Source: Scyliorhinus canicula (Eukaryota). From it: a DNA stretch of 62,683 nucleotides. Below are positions 12,880 to 23,499 of this stretch, piece by piece. The stretch is from assembly GCF_902713615.1 (NCBI RefSeq), contig NC_052146.1, positions 69,460,555 to 69,523,237 of the forward strand, given 5' to 3'. Position numbers and translations under genes: made by a program. The notes under the pieces are model-generated. The model saw nothing but the letters and a program-made list of their open reading frames with translations, was not told the DNA's origin and did not search any database. Positions within the stretch are counted from its first letter, which is position 1. Every line of letters starts with the position of its first letter.

Positions 12880-13935
12880 TACGAACATAAAAAATAGGAG
12901 CAGAAGTAGGTAATTCAATCCCTCGAATCTATTCCGCTATTTGATAAGATCATGGCTGATCACTTTGTTTCTACTTTTAAATTCCCATCTGCTCCCAGTA
13001 ACCTTAGATTCCCTTACTGAGCAAGAATATATCTGCGTATATCTGCTTTCCTCTTAAAAATATTCAATGACCCCGCCTCTACCACCTTCTGAGGCAGAGA
13101 GTTCCAAACGTTCTGAGAGAAAACACATTCTCCTCACATCTGTCCTAAAGGGGCCACCTCTAATTTTAAAACTGTGCCCCCTAGTTCTGGTCTCACCCAC
13201 AGGAGGAAATATCATTTCCATATCTACCTTGTCAAGGCTATTCAGGATCTTATATACTTCAATCAAGTCACCCCTCACGTTTCTAAATTCCAGTGGAAAC
13301 AAGATAAGGGTGTCCATCCTTTCCTCAGAAGACAACCTGCTCAATCTATGTATCAATCTAGGAAACCTCCGTTGAACTTTCTCCAATGCATTTACATTCT
13401 TCCTTCAATAAGGAGATCACAACTGCACACAGTGTTCAAGATGGACTTTCACCAATACACTGGTATTGTGAAGCATTACTTCCTTACTTGTATGTTCAAT
13501 TCTTCTCATAACAAAAGGTGGAATTCAATTCACCTTCTTACTTCCTTGCTGTACCTGCAGAAGTTTTTTGTGGCACATGCACGAGAACGCCTAGATCCTT
13601 CTACAGCCCAGAATTCTGCAGCTGTTTTCCACTTAAGTAATAATCTACTTTTTAAATCTTCCTCCCAAATTGAACAACTTCACATTTTCCCACATTATAC
13701 TCCATGTGCCAAATGTTTGCCCACTCAACCTATCTATGCCGTCTGTAACCTCCTTATGTCCTCTTCATAATCTACTTTCCTACCTATCTGTGTGTCATCT
13801 ATAAATTTAGCTACTATGTCCTCACTCCCCTCATTTAAGTCAATTATATAATTTGTAACACGTTGAGGCCCCAGCACAGAACCCTGGGGGACTCTACTCC
13901 TCACACCTAGACAATCAGAAAAAGGACCCATTTAT
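12880..13935 (-). mobile_element. CR1 LINE 3' portion
   Basis: ORFs 13734-13931 (RVPQGSVLGPQ, AKFIDD) and 13054-13386; CR1 3' UTR at the left. Confidence 0.9.
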
Positions 13936-14079
13936 GCATACTCTTCGTTTTCTGTCAGCCGACTGCTTACGTGCAGATTATCCATTGGTCAGGTATGTGT
14001 TTAGACCTCAACAGACAGCACACAAAGCTGAATCCAACAATTCAGTACAACAGCAGCTGATTTACTTCAAACCGGTTGG

Positions 14080-14310
14080 CTCTAAGGGGGCCATATCCTG
14101 CCTGTGCCATATGTTACTGCATCAGTAGGCGTCCATAACACCTCTGTGTTATATGTTACATGACCAGCAGGTGGCCACATCACCTCTGTGTCATATATTA
14201 CAGAACCAGCAGGTGGCCACATCACCTCTGTGTTGTATGTTACATGACCAGCAGGTGGCCATAATACCTCTGTGTTATATGTTGCTGCCCCAATAGGTGG
14301 CAATGTTGCA
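14080..14310 (+). repeat. 42-bp tandem array, about 5.5 units
   Basis: Unit about CACCTCTGTGTYATATGTTACATGACCAGCAGGTGGCCACAT; cores start at 14080, 14122, 14164, 14206, 14248, 14290 (exact 42-bp period). Confidence 0.95.
14164..14301 (+). promoter_or_regulatory. Cluster of candidate CTCF-binding elements (each perfect unit also holds a CAGGTG E-box)
   Basis: CCAGCAGGTGGC x3 (14164, 14206, 14248) and CCAATAGGTGGC (14290) versus CTCF core CCASYAGRKGGC. Confidence 0.65.
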
Positions 14311-14509
14311 TCACATACACAGGATCAGCAGAAATGTGAAATAAATACCTTATCCGATATCTCATCAGTAGAAAGAACATCCCGCCGTTAAATATATAAA
14401 TTTTAACCAGAATATTAACAACTTAAAGACATTTGACTTCGTATTCACCATAATTATTCATACAAACTATTTGATATTTCTGATATTTTTGTCTTGAACT
14501 AACATTTCT

Positions 14510-14640
14510 TGTTCTCTCCTGGTTCTTATTCTCTCCATGCTCTTCTCTCGCCATGCACCTTCTATCTCTGTGTTTGTTCACTCCATGTTTCTCTCCCTCC
14601 GTGCCTTGCTCTCTCTATGCTCTTCTCTCTGCCCACTCCT
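14510..14640. repeat. Degenerate CT-rich pyrimidine tract
   Basis: Repeated CTCTCCATG / CTCTTCTCT-like units. Confidence 0.5.
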
Positions 14641-14899
14641 TCGAAGAACAGACAATGAGAAGCAAACACTGCCATCTCGCTGACTTCTGTAGCTGAGTAT
14701 CTGTCATTTAAAAAGCATTATTTAAACAATCTGCATGCAGTATCATAAAATTGCAAATATTAGATATGAGTTTAATTTAGACGGTGGCCCATGACTACTA
14801 ATTCATTTGAAACGGGGTTATTCAGCGAAAAACAAACAGCGACGTGAGAAACTAAGCATGTTCTCTTCAGAGCAGGCCTGGTTTAGCATTTGATGGAGG

Positions 14900-15115
14900 A
14901 CTTCTTGCAAGTGTTTTAGTTGTGTAAATGAGCAGAAACTATTTCCTGGGGTAAAAGGCTCCAGATCACAGAATTAAAGTAATTTATGGTAATAAACTGA
15001 AGAGAGAGGATAAAATAATCCATCGAGAGGTTATATGATCTAGATTGAAATAGCACACAGAGTGATGGAGGAGGATTCAATAACAACTTATATAGGATAT
15101 GGGGATTTTCGGATA
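14900..15115 (+). mobile_element. Decayed CR1 3' fragment
   Basis: Residual KLFPGVKGSRSQN-type CR1 terminal sequence. Confidence 0.4.
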
Positions 15116-17228
15116 TGACCACAGAGTGAGTGGTCACACACAGGGCAGCTCCTGCTTAAAGGCACAGAAAATAACTCTTTTTACCCGATACTGGTGGAAT
15201 TTTGATGAAAAGGCAGATGTGAATGTTGGAGGAGTAGTTTCCCCCGAGAGTGGTATGTCTGTTGGCTATCAGGCCCAGCACAAAACAGTGAGAGATTTGC
15301 ATGAAACGTTTGAGGGAGCCTTTGCTGCAGCAGCCACTGTAAACATGCAGGTGCGGGAAGGGCTGATGCAAGCTGGAAGGCCACAGATGGAGGAGCTGAT
15401 GGCGTTTATTAAAGATGAATTCTGCCGGCAAAGAAAGGAAAGGTGTGAGGATCACTCAAAGGCCATCGTAGGAGCTGTGGCACCCCTGAGGAGTTCTCTG
15501 GAACGGGTGGAGAGGTGTTTGGAGGTGAAAAATTCACAGATTCGGGAGATCAAAGGAGAGATATCAAACTACAGCGATCATGTGGTGGCTCTGGAGGCGA
15601 AGGTGAGGCTCCTAGGGGACCTGTGTAAAATGTTGAGGGCAAAGTTGGAGGAGCAGGAGAATGCCTCAAAAAGACAGAACCTGCAAATTGTGGGCCTGCC
15701 TGAAGGAGTGGAAGGTGTGAGGCCACGAGGTACATCTCAAAGGTGCTGAAGGGCTGGCAGCAGAAGGGGAGCTACATGAGGCTCCTGAAGTGGATCGAGG
15801 GCATAGGTCCCTGAAGCAGAAGCCTAGAGCTGGGGAACCACCATGGGCGGTGATCATGAAACTTCACAAATTTGTGGAAAAAGAGAAGATTCTACGATGG
15901 GCCACGGAGAACCGTATCTGTGACTGGGAGGGGAATAGCATCTGAATTTATCAGGACGTCAGAGCCGAGTTGGCAAAGCGATGGGCAAGCTTCAACAAGG
16001 CCAAGACGGTGCTGTACCAGTGGCAGGTCAGGTTTGGGGTGCTCTACCCGGCGAAATTATCGGTGATGTTCAGAGACCGGGGGATTTATTTCAACACCCA
16101 AGGAGACTTCATTAAGGAGCATAAACTGGAGAAGAACTGAGCGGATAATGCTTGGGAACTGGGGTGCTGGCACATTGTAATAGTTGGGAGCATGTTTGAA
16201 GTGGGGGTAGGGATTGGGGGATTTTCGTCTGTTTTGGGGGATGGGTTTGCTGTTTAATGTTGAGATTGTAAGGGGTCGTAGGGGTGAAGAGTTTATGTGG
16301 GGATGGATGTTCCCATCGCCTCCTCCTGTTGTATGGGACTGGTTGTGTTTAACACCTGTTTTTTGCTTTTGGAGAAGACTACCTGGAGTTCAGAAGTCCG
16401 TGTTTGGTTGGGGGAGGAGGGTAAGGTCAGCAGGGAATCTTCCTCCTTAAGCTGAGGAGTGGGGGTGGGATGGAAGGGGAGATCATTGGGAGGTGCATTT
16501 GGACTGGGGCAGCTGTGCTAGTAATTTACGCTGGTGAACGGAGGTGAGGTGATGTGGGAGAATGCCTCAAAAGGGGTGGCCGTGTGCCGAGGGGAGGGGG
16601 AAAGGGGGCCTGTTGGGGAGGGGGAGGGGCGCAAGGTTGTTGCAACATGGCAGGGGGTGAGAAATTACATGGTCAGGGCGGCAGAGGGGCCTATCTGGGA
16701 TGAGCTAGGTATAGGGTGGGAGTTAAGTCGGCAAGATGATGGACGGTCGAGGGGATTGGAGGCATAATCCTACTGTAAGGCTGGTAACGTGGAACGTACG
16801 GGGATTACATGGGCCAGTTAAAAGGTTACGGGTGTTCACGCACCTCAGGAGCTTGAAAGCGGGACTGGTTTTTCTGCAGGAGACGCACCTCATTGTGAAG
16901 GACAAGTTAGGTTAAGGAAGGGGTGAGTCGGGCAGGTTTTTCACTCGGGGTTTGATTTGAAATCGAGGGGAGTGGTGATTTTAATGGGCAAATAAATGGG
17001 ATTTGTGAGTGCGAAGCAGTTGAGGGATCCAGGTGGGAGATATGTGATTGTGAGTGGGGTATTGGAAGGAGCACCGGTAGTGTTGGTAAATGTGTATGCC
17101 CCAAATTGGGATGATGTGGGTTTTATGAAGGGGTTGCTGACAGCGATCCCAGGTTTGGCCATGTACCAGTTGATCATGGGAGGAGATTTTAACTGAATTC
17201 TAGATAGGTCGAACCGCAGGACGAATGG

Positions 17229-18260
17229 TGTAGCCACCTAAGATGGACACTGGGCTAACAAAATGGAGAACTGCTAAGACTGTAGGGAGAAAACAGTCTT
17301 AGCCAGGACAAGCAGTCTGCAAAAGGCTAATTAGCATTCTGCACGTATCGAAACTAGTTTATGGCCAGGTGAAAAATCTCAACCTAAGGTATAAATAGCA
17401 AAACGCTTTGCATAGTAATGAGGCGATCCAGATCTGGGCCCACACAATAGCAACATTTGGGTTTGAATGGATACTTTGAGTGGAGGCCCAGACGAAACGG
17501 CACCAGAAGTATCCATCACAAAAGACCCTAGAGACCGCCCCACCCATCGAGAAGAGACCCTCAGATTGGGGGATTTGTAAGACATCGATTGAGAAATGAC
17601 CCAATCGATACATGGCAGGTAGAGGCCCGCCCCGAAAAGGCACGGACATTGGGGGACCTATAAAGGCACATGGTTCTGTCTGTTGACTCCGGCCCAGGTC
17701 TGTTGACTCCGGCTCCATTGCTGTTTTGCTCCGGCCTCGCTGTCTGTTGTTGCTCCGGCTTGCTGTTTCGACTCCGACTCCAGCCTCCAGATCCTGTCTT
17801 CCATCACCAGCCGTTGAGCACCAGCCATCATTCAGTAAGTGCCAAAACGACGCTCGCTACGTGAACCCGGCATTGCTTATACATTATTCGACTATTAGTG
17901 AACAGAAGGTGCAGCCCAGAAAGGAACAAAGGCCTTGTCCCCTCACCTTGCTGGCTCCTACTTAGATAAGTATTTAGTCGTCTAATAGTAGAAATAGGTA
18001 TTAGTCTTTAGCGTATGCATGCGTATTTATTATATTTGTATAATAAATATTGATCGTTTGAACTTACTGATCGGTGTATAGTTTTATTACTTTGAACCTG
18101 ACCTTGAAATACTTGTGAGGTGTCTAAATACGGCACCTGGCGACTCCGAGCTGAAAATACACACACAGAGCTGTAGCAGTGTTAAGCACACGGCCTTTAA
18201 ACGGAGGCGTGTTAATACACTCCAATAAACGCGTAATACACTCAAGTAAAACGTGCAACA
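17229..18260 (+). mobile_element. Solo LTR (1032 bp), Gypsy/ERV-type
   Basis: TGTAGC...GCAACA termini, 4-bp TSD ATGG/ATGT; removal restores L1 APE reading M-A-R-E; TATAAA 17659-17664; tandem CTGTTGACTCCGGC-like repeats; AATAAA near the 3' end. Confidence 0.85.
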
Positions 18261-20565
18261 ATGTCGAGGGAGCTGGGGGGGGGGGTTATGGGGAGGATGG
18301 GTATGGTGGACCCATGGCATTTTCAGAACCCGGGGGAAGGGAGTATTCCTTCTTTTCACAAGAAGGTGTATTTGAGGATTGATTACTTTGTAGTGAGTTG
18401 GGAGATTTTGGTTGGGGTGGAGGGGGCAGAGTATGCGGGGATAGTTATCTCGGACCATGCACCCCACTGGCGGGAGATTTGGTTTAAAATGGGGCAAGAG
18501 CAGAGGCCGGGGTGGAGGTTTAACTTTGGGTTGTTGGCGGATGCAGGTTTTTGTGATAAGGTGCTGGTGGCGATTAAGGAGTATATGGAGATGAATCAGA
18601 ATGGGAAGGTGTCGGCAGCCACTTTTAGGGAAGCACTTAAGGCAGTGGTCCAGGAGGAAATTATTTTGTTATAGGCTCGTGCTGATAGGGAATGGAGGGA
18701 GGAACATGACCATCTAGTGAGTGAGATAGTGGAGGTGGACAGGGAATATTCGAGGATACCCACCGTGGAGGGATTGGCAAGGAGGAAAAAGTTGCAGGGG
18801 CAAATTGACAGGCTGACAGCAGGGAGGGCGGCAGGGCAACTGCTTAGGGCAAAGGGGGATGCAGTATAAGTATGGGGAGTATGAGTATGAGACGCATCCA
18901 GGTGCACCAACTGCAGAAGCAGGCTGCGTCCAGGGAAATAGTGAAGATATGGACTGAGACTCGGGATGGGGTGTCGGAGCCAGGGAAGGAGGCATTTAGG
19001 GAGTACGACCAGGGACTTTCTGATGCGGGCCCAGGGTGGAAAGAAGGGGACATGTGGCGGTTTCTGGACGAGCTGGAAATTCCCCAGGTGGAGAAAGCAA
19101 AGAGGCAGGTGTTGGAGGAGCCCCTGGGGCTGAGGGAGGTGCTGGATAGTATCAAGGGTATGATGTTGGGCAAGGCTCCTGGGCCAGATGGATACCCAAC
19201 GGAACTTTAGAAGGAATTTGTGACGGATCTGGCACCACATCTGTTGGGGGCGTTTAATGAAGCACTGAAGAAGGGGGAGTTGCTGGAGATGATGATGCAG
19301 GCAATTATCACACTAATCCCCAAAAAAGAGAAGGACCCTGTGGAATATGGGTTGTATAGACTCATATCACTATTGAAAGTATTGGTAAAGTTGTTGGCAG
19401 GGAGGATGGAGGACTGTGTCCCGGGGTGGTTCCAGAAGATCAAACAGGCTTTGTGAAGGGCAGGCATCTAGCGAGTAATATAAGACGGCTGTTGAATGTG
19501 GTGATGCATCCGTTAGGGGCTCTGGTACTGGAGGTGGTGGTGTCCATAGATGCAGAGAAGGCTTTTCATCGGGTGGAGTGGTACATCGAGTACTTGTTCG
19601 AGGTTTTGGGAAAGTTTGCTTTGGGCCGAGATTTGTGGCATGGGTGCGGATGCTGTATGTGGCATCCAGGGCGAGGGTGAGGACAAATGATATGAGAACA
19701 ACAAGCTTTGACTTACACAGGGGATGTCTGCTGTTGCTGCTGCTGTTTGCGCACACCATAGAGCCATTGGCGATCACTCCCAGGGGGTTGGCGGAATGGT
19801 GAGGGATTATGGGAGGAATGAGAGAGCATCGGGTATTGCTGTAAGCCGATCGCCTCTTACTGTATGTTTTGGGTCCGTTGGAGAGTATGGGAAGGATTGT
19901 GGGCCTGCTGGGCAGGTATGGAGTGTTCTCGGGGTACAAACTGAATGTAGGGAAAAGCGAGGTATTCCCGGTGAATGAGCTGGGACAGCGGTCTAATTAT
20001 GGGGTTGCCATTTACGGTAGTGAGGGATAGGTTTAGGTATTAGGTGATTCAGGTAGCAGGGGAATGGATAGGGCTCCATAAGTGGAACTTAACAAAGCTG
20101 GTGGAGGAGGCCAGGGAGGATCTTAAGAGGTGGGATCCACTGCACTTAACGTTGGCGGGTAGGGTCCAGATGGTGAAAATGAATATTCTGCCGAGGTTCT
20201 TGTTTATCTTTCAGGCTCTCCCGATCTTTAGACCAAAGGCCTTTATTCAGAAAGTGGACAGGATCATTTTGGACATTGTATGGGGGGGGGAAGATGCCGA
20301 GCATGGGGAGGACCCTGTCACCGAGGCAGAAGCAGCAGGGGGTTTGGCATTGCTGAACTTGCTTCATTATTATTGGGCGGCGAATGTGGACAAGGTGCGG
20401 CGGTGGTGGGAAGGAGAAGGGGTAGAGTGGGTTAGGATGGAGGAGGATCTTGTAATGGGTCTAGTTTGAGGGCTATGGTGAAGGCAGTGTTGCCAATGGC
20501 TCCGAGTAGGTATTCAGGGAGCCTAATGGTGCAGGCCATAGAACCAGCTGGGGAGGCATTTTGGG

Positions 20566-21111
20566 TTTTTTAAAATGTATTTTATTACAAGCATATATCA
20601 AAACAGGTTACAGTGAATAAACACCCTGGCAAACATACTTCCCAACAATCATCCATATAGTCTGTACAGGTTTTTTAAACACGGTCCCCACAAAGCATTT
20701 TTGTCCGTGGCCAGAAACTTATATGGAATATTGGACGTCATAAATAGAAGCATTGAGTATCAAAGAAGGGAAGGTGTGTGTGGCTCTGATTAGGCCAGAA
20801 CTGGGGATTTACGTCCAGTTCTGATCACCACACTTTAGCGACGATATGAACGTCCTTAAGATGGTACAGATGGGATGTACCAGAATGGTACATCCCCACA
20901 TTTCCTCAAACACCCTGAAGAGCTGCTTAACTCATACTTTATCTTCTCTAATCGCAGGAAGTCGTGCAGGTCACCCAACCAAGCCGCTATCCCCAGTGGC
21001 GATGCCGACCGCCACTCCAGCAAACTTCACCGCCGTGCAATCAGAGAGTCGAAGGCCAAGACATAGGACTTCCGCCTCTCCATGAGCTCTGGCTCCATGA
21101 GCTCCGGCTCA
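20566..21111 (-). mobile_element. 5'-truncated L1 inserted antisense into the host L1
   Basis: T-rich 3' end at left, ORF2 C-terminal sequence 20890-21100; flanked by an 18-bp imperfect TSD (20548-20565 / 21112-21129, 15/18). Confidence 0.85.
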
Positions 21112-22584
21112 CTGAGGAGGCATATTAGGATGGAAAGGATGTCAGTGCTAACGCCACTGTGCGAGAATCATGGGTTTGAGCCGGGGCGGGGGTGGGGGGG
21201 GGGGGGGGGGGGGAATGGATAGTGTATACAGGAGGTAGAGGGAATGGGACTGGTCAAGGTGAGGGATTTGTATTTGGAGGACGGGTTCGCCAGTCTGGAG
21301 GAGCTAAGGAAGAAGGTAGAATTGCCGAGGGGGAGTGAGTTCAGGTATCTGCAGGTTCGGGTGAAAGTTCTGGAGGGGGTTCCTTAGGTTGCTGGGATCA
21401 CCCTGCTGGAGCGACTGCTACTTCCGGATTTGTAAGGGGATGGAAGAATTGGGGATATATACAAGTGGCTGGGGGAGCAGGGAGGCGAGTGGGTGGTGAA
21501 GATCAAGGAGAAATGGGAACTGGAGTTGGGAGGAGAGATCAATTGGGGAATTCGGAGGGAGGCACTGCAAAGGGTAACAGGATCTCCTCTTGAGCAAGGA
21601 TGAGCCTGATACAGTTTAAGGTGGTGCACTGGGTGCATATAACTCGGCCGAGAATGAGTGGATGCTTTCAGGGGGTAGCAGATGAGTGCAAGAGGTTTCG
21701 GGCGCGGGCCAGCGAATCATGCGCACATGTTTTGGGGTTGCAAAAAATTGGGAAGATTCTGGGCGGGAATGTTTGCAGTCTTAGCCAGGGTAGTGGAGGA
21801 GCAGGTGGACCCGGACCCTTTGATGGCAATATTTGGGGTTTCAGAGACGCCGGAGCTCACGGAGAGGAGGAACACCGATGTTGGGGCCTTCACCTCGCTG
21901 ATTGCACGGCGGCAAATTTTGCTGGCATGGTAGTTGGCATCGAGGGTAGTGGCTTGGTTGGGTGACCCGTACGACTTCCTGTGGTTGGAGAAGATAAAGT
22001 ATGAGTTAAGGGGTTCAGCAGGGGGGTTTGAGAAAAAGTGAGGGATGTTTGTGACCGTGTTTGAGGAGCTGTCCATTGCAGGGGAGTGGGGGGAGGGGGC
22101 TGGAGGGAGCCTTGCAAGTATATTTTCATGAAGTAAATCTTCTTTCCTTTTGAAATAATTGATTGCCTCTGTTCCCAGAAACATTAATGCGTTCATTATC
22201 ACTAAAAGAATCTTACTCAGATCTTCCCTGTACGTCTTACCCAAAGTCCTAAATCTGTGTTTGCTACTCATTACATCTCTACCTCATAGAAAACTACCAT
22301 TGTCTTGTGCACTCCTATCAAATTCCCCTTTACTCCAGGTGAAAAACCCCTGTTATCCAACTTGTACCTAATATTCCTCATCCCTAGAACCATTCTGGTA
22401 CATCTCATCTGTACCATCTTAAGGACCTTCATATCGTCGCTAAAGTGTGGTGATCAGAACTGGATGTAACTCCCCAGTTCTGGCCTAATCAGAGCCACAC
22501 ACACCTTCCTTTCTTTGATACTCAATGCTTCTATTTATGACGTCCAATATTCCATATAAGTTTCTGGCCACGGACAAAAATGCT
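20694..22584. repeat. 196-bp inverted duplication (20694-20889 vs 22389-22584)
   Basis: Manual alignment of the reverse complement: 191/196 identical, ungapped. Confidence 0.95.
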
Positions 22585-22590
22585 ATGTCA
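22130..22590 (-). mobile_element. Decayed CR1 3' fragment
   Basis: CR1 C-terminal nucleotide pattern; donor of the 196-bp inverted copy. Confidence 0.75.
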
Positions 22591-22591
22591 G

Positions 22592-22985
22592 TGGGCAGCA
22601 CGGTGGCAGTGGGTGGCATGTGGCACAGTAGTTAGTACTGTTGCCTCACAGCGCCAGGGACCCACATTCAATTCTGACCTCGGGTGACTGCCTGTGTGGG
22701 ATTTGCACATTCTCCCTGTGTCTGCGTGGATTTCCTCCAGGTGCTCCGTCTTTCTCCCACAAAGGTGTGCATATTAGGTAGATTAGCCATGGCAAAATTG
22801 CTCTTTAGCATCCAATGATGTAGGTTAGATGGATTGACCATACCAGAGTACCACCTTAGTGTCCAAATAAGTCTGGGTTGGGTGGGGTTGCGGTGATAGG
22901 ATCGGGAGGGACACTCTTTCAGAGGTTGGCACAGCCTCCGTGGGCCTAACAGCATCAATCTGCACTGTAGGGATTCAATGGATGT
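22592..22985 (+). mobile_element. HE1/V-SINE-like SINE
   Basis: GGGCAGCACGGTGGC head, A/B-box-like segments, V-domain core, CR1-like tail. Confidence 0.85.
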
Positions 22986-23499
22986 GCACATTCCATGAAA
23001 GAAAAACAAACGAATCTCTTAGTGTGTCCTTGCAGTTTTAAAGATTAATGCACCAGAACACTCAGGACCCTCTGACTCTGCACAACCTTTCGAACTGTGC
23101 AATTTAAAAATCTAGTAAAGAGTGTATAAATACATACTGGCCAGTCCACAATTCCCACATTCCATGAATGAAAAGACAAAAATGTATTGACTCTCCATAT
23201 CCCTTCTGCCAAGATTCACCAGCTCACACAACTCTGTATCAAATACCATCTGCCACTTGTCTGCCCATTTTTCTCGTTAATTGCAGTGGATAGGGATCAT
23301 CATCACTTTAAGTTTCATACCGTGGCAAACTTTCCTGGTACTGGCAGTTGGGAAACACAACTGACTACCATCCTCCAGTCTAAAAAAGTACATGTTACAA
23401 TGACTCGCTGTTATCTTTCCTTAAGGCAGTTAAATTTAAAGTGAAATTAACCCTTCTATTCCACGATCCTCAATTTTGTTAATCAGCCTTTTTGAGTCA

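Larger units (their letters stand above)
15118..22110 (+). mobile_element. Near full-length decayed L1, host to nested insertions
   Basis: ORF1 remnants (KLEEQENASKRQNLQIVGLPEGVEG; ends about 16140), ORF2 APE (LVTWNVRG, QETHL, GGDFN, SDHAPH), RT (KAPGPDG, DQTGFVKGR, IDAEKAF) and C-terminal NHAHMFWGC; many stops and frameshifts. Confidence 0.9.

Noticed and set aside
14082-14303. Minus-strand ORF with repeated WPPAG motif; also considered as a CRISPR-like array
   Set aside because: It is the translation of a 42-bp tandem repeat (period divisible by 3); there are no unique spacers, no splice or promoter support, and the DNA is vertebrate.
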